From Microbotryum violaceum (Eukaryota), in assembly GCA_001244265.2 (NCBI GenBank), contig CDLV01000007.1:1488001-1552000 (forward strand): a stretch of DNA of 64,000 bases. The letters run 5' to 3'. The position numbers and the translations under genes were made by a program. Each line of letters opens with the position of its first letter. Positions within the stretch are counted from its first letter, which is position 1. Under the pieces are notes generated by a model, which was not told the DNA's origin, ran no database searches, and saw nothing but the letters and a program-made list of their open reading frames with translations. Of the stretch, positions 62,986-64,000 are shown piece by piece.

Positions 62986-64000
62986 CCCAAGGGTTAGTTA
63001 ACTACTGGAAATCCGCGCAACCGCAGTTGACCGTGGTTGGACGATTGCGCCGAAGTTAACCGCAGTTCAACCGCGGGCATCGCGGTCGGACCGCAGTGCC
63101 CGCGGTTGCGCGGATTACCAACTGCGGTTGCAACTGCACGAGGTCGCCAACTTGGGAATGCTCCATTACGCCCTGCAATTCTCAGTTGGCTCGCAGACTA
63201 AGGAGAACAGCCTGACTTTGAGACCTTATCTAGTGCAGCAAACAACTCGTGATATAGTCTGGGACCGCTTTCGTACCAGCAATTCAAGGAACCCGAGTTC
63301 GAGCGACTGACGGCGCTCACCATCCGAATGTTTGCGGCGATGAAGACATCGCGGTCCCAGGTCACGCAAGATGAAAAGTTCCCGTTCGATTGCTTTCCAT
63401 TTTTTCCTTTTCTCGGCTAAGGGCCTGACAATCACACCCTCCACTCTCGCGAGGTACGGCCGAGACAACAGCTGCGCACGAGTCATGCGAACGATCGCGT
63501 CGGAGGACAACGTCATGGAGTGCCTGCGTGCCTTCGAGTCCAAGTCGCCGACGAGGATATTGATGAAAGTTCTGCCACTGTTGATACCAATCAGATGCAT
63601 ATAATCCAATGGTAGGAACGTGGAGTAAGCATCCTTGAACAGGTCAAGCGCCTCGATCGGAGCTTCGCCTGATATCCCCGTACGACGCCGCAGCGATTCG
63701 AGCTTGGTCGGGTGTCATTTCATTGCTTTAACCACCCGACGGTAGTGCCTGTAGTTGCGCTCGTTATCCAGTCGAACGTCCCGTCCACAGGGGTTTGGAA
63801 TGTCGTGGCGGTGTCGACAAGCCCAGCCCACTCGGGATGGTCGAGCACCGATACGATCACTCCCTCGTCGTTTTCGAGCAGTTTTGCACGAGGAACACAG
63901 AACAGCAGATAGCCTTTGGTGTTTCCAGGTGCGTAATGAGGTATGCTGATGATTGAGTAGATCAAGCACGAAGCGAGGCCTCTTGCTCCCACAAGGTTTC
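62986..64000 (-). mobile_element. End of a degenerate CMC (CACTA/Mirage/Chapaev-type) DNA transposon
   Basis: Terminus CCCAA fits the CMCWR consensus. Subterminal AACCGCAGTT-type repeats occur in both orientations at 63006-63130. The minus-strand transposase motif RRTGISGEAPIEALDLF..FLPLDYMHLIG has a stop upstream. Confidence 0.6.

Overview
Intron-rich fungal genomic DNA. The gene content and style point to a basidiomycete, probably Pucciniomycotina/Microbotryomycetes-like; this is an inference. Bases ~1-42 kb are gene-dense: GLTP/HET-C2, kinetochore DSN1/Mis13, a conserved hypothetical gene, dynamin VPS1, CFD1, UMP1, a large RING-H2 protein, five lipid-related genes in a row (SPT small subunit, PEBP, site-2 protease, TLC-domain protein, acetoacetyl-CoA synthetase ending in -AKL), NDC1, a C2H2/fungal-TF regulator and an F-box-like gene. 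Bases ~42-64 kb are repeat-rich around a sugar porter and transketolase. They hold a near-complete L1/Tx1-type LINE with one frameshift, a 5'-truncated LINE, the end of a CMC (CACTA-like) DNA transposon, nested minisatellites and a MATE gene fragment. The two most notable non-coding signals are a probable non-canonical SRP RNA at 1-217 and an unassigned ~1.1 kb structured minus-strand RNA candidate at 7101-8185. The latter has a TATA box, base-paired ends, a repeated hairpin motif and a U-rich/Sm-like 3' end, and is bounded by splice-site-like signals. All gene models and base pairings were derived by eye and all family assignments are from recalled motifs; no searches were run.
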